Of a stretch of 64,000 bases of DNA, positions 49,153 to 59,973 are shown piece by piece. Origin of the DNA: Methanothrix sp. (lineage in GTDB: Archaea; Halobacteriota; Methanosarcinia; Methanotrichales; Methanotrichaceae); assembly GCA_963682135.1 (NCBI GenBank), contig OY821645.1, forward strand, positions 1,568,001 through 1,632,000. The letters run 5' to 3'. The first letter of the stretch is position 1. Each line of letters begins with the position of its first letter. The notes under the pieces are model-generated. The model saw only the letters and a program-made list of their open reading frames with translations. It was not told where the DNA came from and did not search any database. The position numbers were made by a program, and so were the translations under genes.

Positions 49153-50076
49153 TTAGGTTTTATCCTCCAGGCTTCTTTTTACGCGCCCACTGGTGAGAAG
49201 GGCAACCCGGCTCAGGGGCACGTCTGCCTCCAGATCATAGCCCAGGGCCTCACCCAAGGCACGAGCGAATTCCAGGATCTCGTAGTGCTGCGGCATGGCC
49301 TCTCTTTCCAGGCGGTCTCGGGAGCGGCCCAGGTGCATGTAGGCTTTCACCTCTACGAAGTCCGGCTCGGCCTTCGCGATTAGGCGGGCGTAGTCCTCCG
49401 GACGTTCCATATTCAGGCCGCGAGCAAGAGTCATGCGGATCACACTACGGCTACGGTGTTGGCTGATGATCTCCAGGCTCTCCTGGATTCTTTGCCAGAA
49501 CGCGGCCGCTGGCCGGCAGACCCGCCGGTACATTTCTTCGTCGGGAGCATTGAGGCTCAAGTAGAGCTGCGTCGGCTGCAGCTGCGCCAGTACCTCTGGA
49601 TTTGTGGCATTGCTCACCACAAATGAGGTCATGCCTCTCTTGCGTATCAGACCGAGAAGCTCTTTCAGATAAGGATAAAGGGTCGGCTCGCCCATGAGGG
49701 AGAGGGCCACATGCCTGGGCTCGCGCGCCTCAGCGAGCCTTGCCGGGTCCGTGGTCTTGGCTCCGCCGTAGCCGGAGAGAAACTTCATCTGGCCGAGTAG
49801 GATGCCTTCCAGCAGTTCTGCCGGCTCCAAAGGTTCAGTCCCGGGCAGCGGATCGTCTATCGGCCTCCAGCAATGCAGGCATTGGTGGTTGCACTCCAGG
49901 GTGGGCGTCATCTGTACGCAGCGATGACTGGAGATGCCATAGAAGTGGTGCTTGTAGCACTGGTCCCCGCCTCGCATGGCTCGGCTCAGCCAGAGGCAGG
50001 GCTTGACGGCTCCGCCGCCGACCAGGTGGTAGCCCTGGCGGGCGAGGGTCTGTGTAACTTGATTCTCAGATTGCAT
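49153..50076 (-). CDS. taw1: 4-demethylwyosine synthase Taw1/TYW1
   Basis: CYK..FYGI.SHRC.Q, CNHQCLHCWR and SL.GEPT motifs. Confidence 0.93.
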   Translation of the reverse strand: MQSENQVTQTLARQGYHLVGGGAVKPCLWLSRAMRGGDQCYKHHFYGISSHRCVQMTPTLECNHQCLHCWRPIDDPLPGTEPLEPAELLEGILLGQMKFLSGYGGAKTTDPARLAEAREPRHVALSLMGEPTLYPYLKELLGLIRKRGMTSFVVSNATNPEVLAQLQPTQLYLSLNAPDEEMYRRVCRPAAAFWQRIQESLEIISQHRSRSVIRMTLARGLNMERPEDYARLIAKAEPDFVEVKAYMHLGRSRDRLEREAMPQHYEILEFARALGEALGYDLEADVPLSRVALLTSGRVKRSLEDKT

Positions 50077-50184
50077 TCCAGGTGAAAAAAGAATATTCGC
50101 AGATATATAGCTAGTGTATCCGGGTGTTGTGCCTTTCCTATATAGCAAAGAATAAGATCCAACAGTCGCAAAGGCGCTACTAAG

Positions 50185-51675
50185 ATGCTCTGGCGATCTC
50201 TTGCATTGACGGCCGTTGTGGCGATAGTGGCTGTCTGCGTATCCAGCGCCCAGCAGGTTATCCCAGCTTCGGAGATAATAGCAGAATTAGCTGGCAATGA
50301 GCCCATTTATTACGATGGCGTTTCCATCTCCGGCGACCTGGATCTTCGCTTGCTTCCTGGTGCGCGGGTTTCCAACTCCTTCGCGCTTACCAACTCATCC
50401 CTCGTCAACGCCTCCTTTTCCGGCGTCACCTTTGCGAAGGAGGCAGTCTTCTGGGGCAGCACCTTCGCCAACGCCAGCTTTGAGAAAGCCAGCTTTCTGG
50501 GCCAGGCCGACTTCGCGAACACCAGCTTTGCCAACGCCAGCTTTTCCTCTGCCTCCTTCGAGGAGCCTGCTCTCTTTGACGAGGCGATCTTTCGGGACAA
50601 TGTGAGCTTTGAGGATGCACTCTTCGCCAAGGACGCCTTCTTTAGCCAGGCCCTATTCTCGAAAAATGCCTACTTCAATTACTCCGATTTCGCCTCGTAC
50701 TCTTATTTCCCGGCGGCGCAGTTTCTGGGTGATGCTCTCTTCTCGGACGTCGATTTTTCGGGTGCCCTGGACTTTTCCGCCGCGACGGTCGCCGGGCGGG
50801 CCAACTTCTTCCAGTCCCGCTTCAATAGCGCCGGCTTTTCCAATGCAGTATTTTACGGCCCAGTCCACTTCGGCCTGGCCAGCTTCTCCGGCCTCTCCTC
50901 CTTTGGCGAAGCAGTCTTTGCCGATGAGGCGAATTTTAATCTGGCCCGCTTTTCCCAGGCAGCCTACTTCTCGGGAGCTGAGTTTCGGGGGCTTGCCCTC
51001 TTCGGCCTGACCAAATTCGAAGACATCGCCAGTTTGCAGAACGCCAGGTTCGATGATGATCTCAATTTCAAAGGAGGCTCTATCTCCACCATCCTTTTGG
51101 ATAAGGCAGAATTCTCCAGGAATTCTCGCATTATCCTGAACGACACCGACTTTGCTCGCTTCAAAGCCCACTGGAATGAGATAGAAAAACATGTGGTTTG
51201 GGACCCGGGGGCCTATCTGGCGCTTGTCAATAATTACCACGGCCTGGGTTGGTCAGCAGACGAAGACGACTGCTACTATCAATACCGAAGCCAGAGTCAG
51301 GCCGCAAAGCAATGGGGCTGGTCCAAGATCATCGACATCCTGGCCTGGCTATCCTGCGGCTACGGGGTGCGCCCTAGCTATGCTGTGCTCTGGTCGCTCA
51401 TGACCATACTGGCTTTTGGGCTCTTATTTTGGAGAGGGGATGGTATCCGTCGCTCTGCCAAGCCGCTCTATGAGCCCGCAGAAGTAGACCGCCTGCCCGA
51501 ACATGTCACATTGCGTAACGCCCTCTTCTTCAGCACCATGGTTTTTCTCTCTCAGGGGCCTATCGACTTTCTGCCCGTGGGCAAAAACAGATATTACGTC
51601 ATCCTGGAAGGAATTTTGGGCTGGCTGCTGCTGGCGCTCTTCCTGGTGACCCTGGGCCGAGTCATGATCCGGTAA
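50185..51675 (+). CDS. Pentapeptide-repeat protein with C-terminal two-TM channel-like domain
   Basis: Signal peptide, (A/S)xFxx repeats, CGYGVRP, ALFFS..F, EGILGW. Confidence 0.85.
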   Translation: MLWRSLALTAVVAIVAVCVSSAQQVIPASEIIAELAGNEPIYYDGVSISGDLDLRLLPGARVSNSFALTNSSLVNASFSGVTFAKEAVFWGSTFANASFEKASFLGQADFANTSFANASFSSASFEEPALFDEAIFRDNVSFEDALFAKDAFFSQALFSKNAYFNYSDFASYSYFPAAQFLGDALFSDVDFSGALDFSAATVAGRANFFQSRFNSAGFSNAVFYGPVHFGLASFSGLSSFGEAVFADEANFNLARFSQAAYFSGAEFRGLALFGLTKFEDIASLQNARFDDDLNFKGGSISTILLDKAEFSRNSRIILNDTDFARFKAHWNEIEKHVVWDPGAYLALVNNYHGLGWSADEDDCYYQYRSQSQAAKQWGWSKIIDILAWLSCGYGVRPSYAVLWSLMTILAFGLLFWRGDGIRRSAKPLYEPAEVDRLPEHVTLRNALFFSTMVFLSQGPIDFLPVGKNRYYVILEGILGWLLLALFLVTLGRVMIR

Positions 51676-51762
51676 TACATAATTTGGCAGGGCAAATACA
51701 AAAGTGGTGACTTCCTCCCTTACCCAACGCTATAAATCCTGGGCCATCTTTGCATTGGACCA

Positions 51763-53244
51763 TTGATTACCATTTCCAGATGGCACATGCTGCATTTGGC
51801 CTTCTTGCTGCTCCTATTGCTTGGCGAGGCCTCGTCGGAAGAGAGCGGACTTGATGGCGCATCGTCTGCCTCACCGGCCATTGCGGCCCAGGATATTATG
51901 GCTCAAATAAGATCCGGCGAGCCTTTGGACTATAGCAACGTTACCATCACCGGTGAGCTGGACCTGGGGCCTGGAGAGGAGCCGATCAAGCAATCGATAC
52001 GAATCACCAACTCTCGTTTCCAGGGACCGGTCAAAATCGAAGGCGTGACCTTCGCTGAATTCCTGGATCTGCGGGGATGCATCTTCCAAGACGATGTCAG
52101 CTTCATCAAATCAAGGTTTCTGGGAGATGCCAAATTTGCCGGCGCAAAATTCGGCAAGCAGGCCGACTTTGCAGAGACTTATTTTCAAGGAGCGGCTTCC
52201 TTCATCAGCACGTCTTTCCAGAATGACAGCAGCTTTAGTAGCACCCAGTTCGATGGGGATGCCGTATTCCTGGACTGCGATTTTGCCAGTGATGTCGACT
52301 TTAATTATGCGAAGTTCATGCGTTCCGGATCTTTCTTGAATGCAAACTTCGATGATGTAAGCTTCTTTGAGACTCAGTTCGTCGGGCAGGTCACATTTAG
52401 ATCAGTCCAGTTTAGGGGCAATGCCACATTTGCTGCCACTCGTTTCGAGAGCGATGTGCTCTTTCGCACTGCTCGTTTCGGGAAGGGAAGCACTTTTGGC
52501 CTGTCCAGCTTTGGGGGATTGGCGGACTATGGTAATGCTGACTTTAATAAGACTGCCTTCTTTGGAGGTGTGAAATTTGCAGACCTGGCCTATTTCGCCA
52601 ATGCCCGGTTCAATGGGGATTTGATCTTGGAGGGGGCCAGGCTGTACAGCATGCAACTGGACAATGCCACCTTCAGTGAGAGTTCAAAGATTAACCTGAA
52701 CAGCACAGACTTTTCCAAGTTCGTGGTCCACTGGAGCATACTACAAAACCGTATGGTGTACAATGGGGCCGCCTACCTGGCACTGGTAAAGAACTACAAG
52801 AGCCTGGAGTGGTTTGATGAAGCTGATGAATGTTACTATCAATACCGCAGAATCGGTCAGGACCAGGCAGCGTGGGGCTGGGACAAACTCTCTGATATAA
52901 TCTCCTGGCTCTCTTGCGGATATGGTGTTCGGGTGAGCTACACCGCCTTTTGGTGTCTTTTTACCATCCTCATCTTTGGATTGATATTTTGGGCAGGAAA
53001 GGGCATGAACAAATTCGAGCTCGAAGGCATGGAGCTTCCCGGAGACCCGCGGCTGCGGCCCAGCAAGCGCGTCTCTTTCACCGATGCCCTCTATTTCAGT
53101 ATTGCCATGTTCACCACCTCCCAGGCGCCAGTCAATACCTATCCCGTGGGTGTTTACAAGCATCTGGCCATGGCGGAAGGTATCTTGGGCTGGTTTTTCC
53201 TGGGACTCTTCGTGGTGGTCCTGAGCGCGGTGCTCATTCGCTAG
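51763..53244 (+). CDS. Pentapeptide-repeat protein with channel-like domain (paralogue)
   Basis: Same architecture; DALYFSIAMFTT..YPVG..EGILGW. Confidence 0.85.
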   Translation: MITISRWHMLHLAFLLLLLLGEASSEESGLDGASSASPAIAAQDIMAQIRSGEPLDYSNVTITGELDLGPGEEPIKQSIRITNSRFQGPVKIEGVTFAEFLDLRGCIFQDDVSFIKSRFLGDAKFAGAKFGKQADFAETYFQGAASFISTSFQNDSSFSSTQFDGDAVFLDCDFASDVDFNYAKFMRSGSFLNANFDDVSFFETQFVGQVTFRSVQFRGNATFAATRFESDVLFRTARFGKGSTFGLSSFGGLADYGNADFNKTAFFGGVKFADLAYFANARFNGDLILEGARLYSMQLDNATFSESSKINLNSTDFSKFVVHWSILQNRMVYNGAAYLALVKNYKSLEWFDEADECYYQYRRIGQDQAAWGWDKLSDIISWLSCGYGVRVSYTAFWCLFTILIFGLIFWAGKGMNKFELEGMELPGDPRLRPSKRVSFTDALYFSIAMFTTSQAPVNTYPVGVYKHLAMAEGILGWFFLGLFVVVLSAVLIR

Positions 53245-53297
53245 GGGCCGATCCGGAAAGGTTGATATACGTGTTGGTTATACGAGAAAGCCGGAAA

Positions 53298-53372
53298 GGG
53301 CGCGTGGCCTAGTCTGGACAAGGCGGCAGCCTCCTAAGCTGTAGATCGGGGGTTCGAATCCCCCCGCGCCCG
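53298..53372 (+). tRNA. tRNA-Arg(CCT)
   Basis: Anticodon arm GCAGC-CT-CCT-AA-GCTGT; GTTCGAATC T-loop. Confidence 0.96.
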
Positions 53373-53440
53373 CTTGGCTCTTTTAAGCTTCTTACTCTCT
53401 GTCGCAGCCTGCTTTGGAAAAAAAGCAAGTGGTCTGTGGT

Positions 53441-54313
53441 TCAGGGCACAATCTTGGAGATGGCCAGCTCCAGTATATCTTCTGCGCCTGACTTTTTCAG
53501 TTGGGGTATGAGCAGGTTGACGGTAGATCTGTCCACCACCGTCTCCACGGCGTAGTAGCCTGAGTTGTAGAGCTTGGAGATGGTGGGATTTTTCATGCTG
53601 GGCAGCATGGTTATCAGATTGGCGATCGATTCCTCAGGCACATTCATCTTGAGCAGGACTTTTCCCCGGGCCATTATGACTGCTGAGAGGAGGGTTTGCA
53701 CGGCAACGATCTCCTCATGCTTTTCCGGGTCAGCCCAGCTCTTTTTATTGGCAATCAGCTCCGAGGTTGACTTCAGCATGACATCAATTATCTTCAGGCC
53801 GTTCTTCTTAAGGGTGGAACCGGTCTCGGTGAGATCGACTACCACATCAGTCAGTTCCGGAACCTTGGCTTCGGTGGCTCCAAAGGAGAACTGGATGTCC
53901 ACCGGTATTCCCATATTCAGAAAGAATGCCTGGGTGAGGTTTGGATACTCGGTGGATACGCGGCTGCCCGGTTTGATCTCGCGAGCGGAGTTTATATTTA
54001 GACCCTCGGGCACGGCGACCACCAGCTTTACGATGCCCGGCCCTTGTTTACCGTAGTTGAGTTCAGCTACACGGGCGACGATCGCTCCAGACTCCATTAT
54101 CCAGTCCGTTCCGGATATGCCCAGGTCGAAGTAGCCTTTGGCTACATATCCTGGTATCTCCTGGGGGCGGAGGATCTTCACCTTGCCGATGCGAGGATCT
54201 TGGATGCGGGCGTTGTACTCCCGTTCTGTTCTCTTAACCTCCAGCCCGGCTTGCTCGAAGAGCTGCAGTGTCTGATTTTGCAGGCTGCCCTTGGGAATGG
54301 CGATGTCTATCAT
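53441..54313 (-). CDS. hisG: ATP phosphoribosyltransferase
   Basis: AIPKGSL, DLGI.G.DW, GATE and VDL.ETGSTL motifs. Confidence 0.95.
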   Translation of the reverse strand: MIDIAIPKGSLQNQTLQLFEQAGLEVKRTEREYNARIQDPRIGKVKILRPQEIPGYVAKGYFDLGISGTDWIMESGAIVARVAELNYGKQGPGIVKLVVAVPEGLNINSAREIKPGSRVSTEYPNLTQAFFLNMGIPVDIQFSFGATEAKVPELTDVVVDLTETGSTLKKNGLKIIDVMLKSTSELIANKKSWADPEKHEEIVAVQTLLSAVIMARGKVLLKMNVPEESIANLITMLPSMKNPTISKLYNSGYYAVETVVDRSTVNLLIPQLKKSGAEDILELAISKIVP

Positions 54314-54447
54314 TCTAATGTCCTGCTTTTTTTGGAACATATTTTTGCCTTTTGCTCGATCCTTGTCTGACGTTTTCAGGCTTTTGCGGCTCACAATATT
54401 TATAAATAACAACAGTAATAAACAGTTAGGAGAAGGGGGATAGGCAA

Positions 54448-55389
54448 TTGGCATCTCTGATTATCTCTGATACTCATTTCGGCCTGGATTCATCGACTCT
54501 GAAAAGCCCGGCAAAAGTAGACCAGCTCTTGCAAGAGATATGGGAATTTGAAGGCGGATGCGACGAGGTCGTGCTCCTGGGCGATATCCTCGATTTCTGG
54601 AGGGTGCGCCCGGAGATTGCTGTGAAGGACGCCATCCCTTTTCTAAAAAGGCTCTCCTTGGAAGATCTGAAGATGCGTTATGTCGTGGGAAATCACGATC
54701 ATCACCTGGTGGTACAAAAACAGGAGGCAGAATTCATGGAGAGGGCGGCACGTGGAGACCTATTTCCGGTTTATGTTCCAACAATTCGCTGGCGTCGGAC
54801 TTTTTGCGGCATTGATATCGAGATGCTCTATCCTACCTACCGGGCGCGCTGTTGCCAGAGGTCCATCCTCTTCACGCACGGCCATCATCTGGACGGCATT
54901 CAAAATTATACTTTGCAGCTGGTGGAGAAGCTGCGCAGACTGTCCGGAGAGGAGTCTCTTCCCGCAGACCAGGAGATGATGATGACTTACGCTTACGAGG
55001 GGATATATCGCTCCGCCTGCATCGGAGAGATGGTCTCTTTCGAGAATTCTATATGGAAAGCATCCGGCCTGCTGCAGAGGATCAACGCGGGTGTTTTTTC
55101 CAACCAGCGCAAAGCCAGCGTAGAAGGTCAATATGAGGCGATATTGAATTTCATTCGCGAGAGGAGCCTTGGCAAAGTCGATTGTTTCATTTATGGTGAT
55201 ACACACCGTCCGGGCATATTTCAAAGAAGGGGGGGACCGCTGGCCGTGAACGCGGGCAGTTTCACGCGCGAGAAGGGAAACGGCTCATGTCTTGAGACGC
55301 CTGATACCTATATGTTTATGGGTGAGAAGGGCCTTGCCATACGGCAGTTGGGCCGGAAAAGGCCTCTCTTTTTGTGCGAGCTTCTTTAG
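54448..55389 (+). CDS. Calcineurin-like metallophosphoesterase
   Basis: SDTH, GDILD, GNHD, THGH and GDTH motifs. Confidence 0.88.
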   Translation: MASLIISDTHFGLDSSTLKSPAKVDQLLQEIWEFEGGCDEVVLLGDILDFWRVRPEIAVKDAIPFLKRLSLEDLKMRYVVGNHDHHLVVQKQEAEFMERAARGDLFPVYVPTIRWRRTFCGIDIEMLYPTYRARCCQRSILFTHGHHLDGIQNYTLQLVEKLRRLSGEESLPADQEMMMTYAYEGIYRSACIGEMVSFENSIWKASGLLQRINAGVFSNQRKASVEGQYEAILNFIRERSLGKVDCFIYGDTHRPGIFQRRGGPLAVNAGSFTREKGNGSCLETPDTYMFMGEKGLAIRQLGRKRPLFLCELL

Positions 55390-55431
55390 AATGCCAAACC
55401 TATTTCATCCAGTATCATCAATACCAATATC

Positions 55432-55740
55432 ATGTTCGAACCAAAAGAAGAATCCCTGGTCCTGGAGATCGTTCGCGGCTTCTTTGACATGCCATCTGAA
55501 GAGATGATGAAGATCGGCGATCAATTTAAAATGCTGCTCTTCGATCCCGAGGCCGGCAGCGAGCAGGAAGCAGTGGCCAAGCTCAAGGAGGCGCTGGCTG
55601 ACATGTCCAAAGAGCAGGTCTTGATGGCCGGCATGTTCGTCTCAGGATTGCTGCGCTGCAACCTTGCTCAGCAGGTCGAGCAGCAGTATCAACAAGCTAT
55701 GGCCGAAGGAAATATCGACTCCAATTGTGATTGTGTTTGA
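55432..55740 (+). CDS. Hypothetical protein
   Basis: 102-aa ORF abutting elp3. Confidence 0.65.
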   Translation: MFEPKEESLVLEIVRGFFDMPSEEMMKIGDQFKMLLFDPEAGSEQEAVAKLKEALADMSKEQVLMAGMFVSGLLRCNLAQQVEQQYQQAMAEGNIDSNCDCV

Positions 55741-57368
55741 TGAAAGAGGCGCTTTTTGCATGCCGGGGTGACGGGGCCCTGGCAGTTGAGCTGCGACGCA
55801 TAGTCGATGCCATACTGGCGGGCGTTATCAAGACGCAGGCTGATCTGGAGTCTCACAAGAGGGACGCATCAGCGCGCCTGGCCCTCGCGTCCCTGCCTAG
55901 CAACGCCGATATACTCTGCCTGGCAACAGCCGAGGAGCGCGAGCGTCTCAAGATGCTGGTGCGTAAGCCCACCAGAACTCTCTCCGGCGTGGCGGTCATC
56001 GCCGCCATGACCTCTCCCGCTCGCTGCCCGCACGGCACCTGTGTCCCCTGTCCGGGCGGCATTCTTTGCTCTTCGGCGCAAAGCTACACCGGTCGCGAGC
56101 CCGCGGCACTTCGGGCCGCGCAGCACGACTACGATCCTTATCGACAGGTAACCGCCCGGCTGGCTCAACTGGATGAAATTGGCCATCCACTGGACAAGTC
56201 AGAGCTGATCATCATGGGCGGAACAATCACAGCCCGTCCTTTAGGTTATCAGCATTGGTTTGTCAAGCGCTGTCTTCAGGCTATGAATGATTATCCTGCC
56301 GCAAGAGCGCCCGATGGCGAGCGCCCGTACCGCTACCAGTCATTTGCCGATGCGGCAGCAGCCAATGAGACTGCATCGGTTAGAAACATCGGCACCACAT
56401 TCGAGACCAGGCCAGACTATTGCGGTCCCAAAGAGACAATGAACATGCTCCTTCTGGGAGCCACCAAGGTGGAGCTGGGGGTGCAGAGCACCCGGGATGA
56501 TCTCCTGGAGAATATGAAGCGTGGCCATACGGTGGAAGACACAGTCTCTGCTAATCGCACTTTGCGAGAGGTGGGCCTGAAGGTGGGCTTTCATATGATG
56601 CCGGGACTGCCCGGCTCCTCTCCAGAGGTTGATCTGGAGGTCTTCCGGGAGCTTTTCTCTGATAGCCGTTTTCGTCCGGACTACCTCAAGATATATCCCA
56701 CTTTGGTGGTGGAAGGAACCGAGCTATACCGGCAATACCTGAAGGGCGAGTACGCCCCACTGGGCGACGCTGCTGCGGCTGAGCTGGTCTCTCGCATAAA
56801 AGAGATTCTGCCGGCCTACGTTCGCTTGCAGCGTGTGCAGCGAGACATTCCTGCCCAGCTCATCGTGGCGGGCGTCAAAAAATCCAATTTGCGTCAGCTT
56901 GCCCAGCAGTTGCTGGCCGCCCGCGGCGCTCGTTGCCACTGTATTCGTTGTAGGGAAGCGGGTTTGCGCCGATTCTCTGCAGGAGAGGTGGCGCTCAAAC
57001 ATGAGGTTTATGAGGCATGCGGCAGAGAAGAGCATTTTCTGTCAATCGAGGGGGAGGACGAGACAATCATCGGCTTCCTGCGGCTGCGGCTATCCGACCG
57101 GGCTCGGGTTAGGGAGCTGCATGTCTACGGTCCCATGCTTCCCATCGGCAGCCGGGCAGAGGGGTGGCAGCACCGTGGCTTTGGAGCAGAACTGGTGAGG
57201 GCAGCTGAAGCCCTGGCAGAAGAGGCGGGCTACAAAACGCTGGAAATCACCAGCGGAATTGGTGCCAGAGGCTACTATCGGCGGCTGGGATATGAGCTAT
57301 GCGGGCCTTACATGGAGAAGAAAATGACTGGAAGGTTAAGCAGAGCCGTTGGCAATCCTCGGCAATAG
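55740..57368 (+). CDS. elp3: Elp3 tRNA U34 acetyltransferase (radical SAM + GNAT)
   Basis: RTLSGVAV, CPHGTCVPCPGG, ETRPD, RELHVYG and QHRGFG motifs. Confidence 0.96.
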   Translation: MKEALFACRGDGALAVELRRIVDAILAGVIKTQADLESHKRDASARLALASLPSNADILCLATAEERERLKMLVRKPTRTLSGVAVIAAMTSPARCPHGTCVPCPGGILCSSAQSYTGREPAALRAAQHDYDPYRQVTARLAQLDEIGHPLDKSELIIMGGTITARPLGYQHWFVKRCLQAMNDYPAARAPDGERPYRYQSFADAAAANETASVRNIGTTFETRPDYCGPKETMNMLLLGATKVELGVQSTRDDLLENMKRGHTVEDTVSANRTLREVGLKVGFHMMPGLPGSSPEVDLEVFRELFSDSRFRPDYLKIYPTLVVEGTELYRQYLKGEYAPLGDAAAAELVSRIKEILPAYVRLQRVQRDIPAQLIVAGVKKSNLRQLAQQLLAARGARCHCIRCREAGLRRFSAGEVALKHEVYEACGREEHFLSIEGEDETIIGFLRLRLSDRARVRELHVYGPMLPIGSRAEGWQHRGFGAELVRAAEALAEEAGYKTLEITSGIGARGYYRRLGYELCGPYMEKKMTGRLSRAVGNPRQ

Positions 57369-57416
57369 CAACGGAAGAAGGATTTAGCAGCGAACGACTG
57401 GTCGCAGGGAACGCTT

Positions 57417-58922
57417 CTACAACTCTTGATCGTGAGTAGATGCGTTTGAGCCCTTTTTCCTTTCCAGTAGTGACATGAGCCTTTCCAGAGATTGCCCGCT
57501 GGCCTCTACAATTAGACTGTCTCCAGCCTGCAATATGGTGCTTCCGCTGGGACGCATTGGATGGCCGTCTCTTCTGATGACCGCGATCCAGGTGTCGTCA
57601 GGAATGTTGAGATCGGCGATCTGGCTTCCCACAGCAGCGCTTTTCGCAGACACCTCAAGCTTCACGAGAGAGTCCCATACATCTTTTTCCTGCATATTCT
57701 CTGGGAGAGATTTCGTCGGGGATTCAACCGGCATCTCCATACCAAGACGTCGAGCCACGAAGGTTATCGTAGACCCCTGTACCAGGACTGAGGTCAGGAC
57801 GACGAAGAATACGACATTGAATATCATATTGGCCTTGTCGAGACCGAATGTGAGCGGAAATGTCGCGAGGATGATAGGCACTGAGCCCCGCAGGCCCACC
57901 CAGGAGATCATAATCCTTTCCGCCAGGGACATGTCTCTGAAGGGCAAAAGGCATAGAAGAACGCTAATCGGTCTGGCCATGAACATCAGGACAAAGCAGA
58001 TGAAAAGGCCGATGCTTGCTACCGGGATCAACTGCGAGGGAAATACCAGCAGCCCCAGAGTCAGGAACATTGCGATTTGCATCAGCCAAGCCAGGCTGTC
58101 GTGGTAATGGATCAGGCTGCGTTTGTGGATGAATGAGAAGTTTGCAAGGCTCAGACCGGCCAGATACACCGCGAGAAAACCGCTTCCTCCGAGAATCGAT
58201 GTTATGCCGTAGGTTACGATTACCAGAGACATGGTTAAAATAGGATAGAGTCCCTGATAATCCAGACGGATTCGGTTAATGAAGTATGCCATGCCCTTGC
58301 CAGATATGATCCCAAACACAGCACCCAGGGCCATCTGCTGGGCAAACATGGGTATCAGAGTTATCGGGGAGGTAGCCGGGCTCAGGATAATGCTGATCAG
58401 GCCGGTCGTGAGGAATATGGCCATGGGATCATTGCTGCCCGATTCCAGCTCCAATAGCGGCCTCAGATCGCCTTTCAAGCTGATATGTCTCGATCTGAGA
58501 ATCGAGAATACTGCAGCCGCATCTGTAGAGGAGATGATGGCGGCCAGCAGTAGCGCCTCAAGAACAGAAAAGTTCAATGAATAATAGGCAGCACATCCGA
58601 CGATGATGGCAGTAAAGATGACGCCCAGGGTGGAGAGGATCACGCCTTTCCACAATATGGGTTTTGCCTCCTTCCACTTGGTATCCAGGCCGCCAGAAAA
58701 TAGGATAAAGATAAGAGCTACAGTTCCCAGCGATTGTGCCAGCCATGGGTTGTCGAAATAAATGCCCCCCGGCCCATCCGATCCGGCAAGCATGCCTATC
58801 ACCAGAAAAAGCACCAGAGTGGGCACCCCCAACTGGGTAGACGCCTTGCTTGAGATTACACTAAGGAGCAGAAGCAGTGCTACACCAAGGAGAAGGTAGT
58901 CAAATACGGCCATAGCAACCAT
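57417..58922 (-). CDS. cvrA: K+/H+ antiporter CvrA/NhaP2 with TrkA-C domain
   Basis: STDAAAVF, LELESGSNDP and WVGLRG motifs. Confidence 0.92.
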   Translation of the reverse strand: MVAMAVFDYLLLGVALLLLLSVISSKASTQLGVPTLVLFLVIGMLAGSDGPGGIYFDNPWLAQSLGTVALIFILFSGGLDTKWKEAKPILWKGVILSTLGVIFTAIIVGCAAYYSLNFSVLEALLLAAIISSTDAAAVFSILRSRHISLKGDLRPLLELESGSNDPMAIFLTTGLISIILSPATSPITLIPMFAQQMALGAVFGIISGKGMAYFINRIRLDYQGLYPILTMSLVIVTYGITSILGGSGFLAVYLAGLSLANFSFIHKRSLIHYHDSLAWLMQIAMFLTLGLLVFPSQLIPVASIGLFICFVLMFMARPISVLLCLLPFRDMSLAERIMISWVGLRGSVPIILATFPLTFGLDKANMIFNVVFFVVLTSVLVQGSTITFVARRLGMEMPVESPTKSLPENMQEKDVWDSLVKLEVSAKSAAVGSQIADLNIPDDTWIAVIRRDGHPMRPSGSTILQAGDSLIVEASGQSLERLMSLLERKKGSNASTHDQEL

Positions 58923-59094
58923 TTAACTGCTTATTGATGGCATATCTGTCTTTCGGAGATTGATATGATGACTGCTCCCGCCAATGAATTGGCCGGTATT
59001 AAGATATCTATCGTGCAAAAACTCTCCACCCTTACCCACCACAACCATTAAATACCGTGCACCAAAGAGGATTTGCGATCTGAGGAATTATAAT

Positions 59095-59478
59095 ATGCGT
59101 TGGCAAGGCAAATTTGGAAGGAAGCCCACTGGGGGAAAATTGATTCCCGCCAGGGGTAAGAGAAAGTCTGAGATAGGCAGAGAGCAGAGCGACACCACCA
59201 TTGCCGCGGTCCGGGTTAAGAAGATCGAGACCAAAGGCGGAGACATAAAGATGCGCATGCTGCGTGGCGATATGGCCACAATTGCCGATCCAGTGACAGG
59301 CAAGTCCAAGATAGTAAAGATTGAGACCGTAAAGGAAAACAAGGCCAATTTGCACTACATGAGAAGGAACATTCTCACCAAGGGTGCTGTCATCAAGACG
59401 GAAATGGGAGACGCCAGGATAACAAGCCGGCCCGGCCAGGATGGCGTTATTAATGCCATACTGCTGCCCGCCGCTTAA
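59095..59478 (+). CDS. rps8e: 30S ribosomal protein S8e
   Basis: RKPTGG, RRNILTKGAVI and TSRPGQDG motifs. Confidence 0.97.
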   Translation: MRWQGKFGRKPTGGKLIPARGKRKSEIGREQSDTTIAAVRVKKIETKGGDIKMRMLRGDMATIADPVTGKSKIVKIETVKENKANLHYMRRNILTKGAVIKTEMGDARITSRPGQDGVINAILLPAA

Positions 59479-59496
59479 AACCCCCTCCTCTTTTAG

Positions 59497-59706
59497 ATGT
59501 TCATCGTCTTCCGGTGTAGTTGTGGTCGCCACCTCTACGCCTCGAAGGACGCTAAGACCAGAACTTGCCCCTGTGGAAAGAGAACTCTTCTTAGCAAGGT
59601 GTTGGTTTTGGCCCAGGCAGAGGACGCTTATGCTGCCGGCGAGATCGTGAGAACGCTGCAGCTTGAGGGCCACGGCATGACCGGATTTAGGCAGGCTGGG
59701 ATCTAG
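59497..59706 (+). CDS. Small zinc-ribbon protein (DUF1922-like)
   Basis: RCSCG..KTRTCPCG. Confidence 0.75.
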   Translation: MFIVFRCSCGRHLYASKDAKTRTCPCGKRTLLSKVLVLAQAEDAYAAGEIVRTLQLEGHGMTGFRQAGI

Positions 59707-59833
59707 CCAGATATTGTTTTTTTCTGCGGATTTAGCATTATGGCAAAAGAGGCCCGGGTCTCAGCGAGGGGCGTGCCGTCTTCGGACTTGAAGCGATAAG
59801 ATCTAATATTACGAGGAGATAGTGGAAGAGGCA

Positions 59834-59907
59834 GGGCCCGTGGTCTAGCTGGTTATGACATCGCCCTTACACGGCGGGGATCACGCGTTCGAATCGCGTC
59901 GGGCCCA
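59834..59907 (+). tRNA. tRNA-Val(TAC)
   Basis: Anticodon arm TCGCC-CT-TAC-AC-GGCGG. Confidence 0.96.
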
Positions 59908-59973
59908 TTATCTGTTTTCTTTTGCTTTTCGTGTTCGAGGAAGGCGTTGGGGTTTGCCGGAGCGTGGCTAAAT

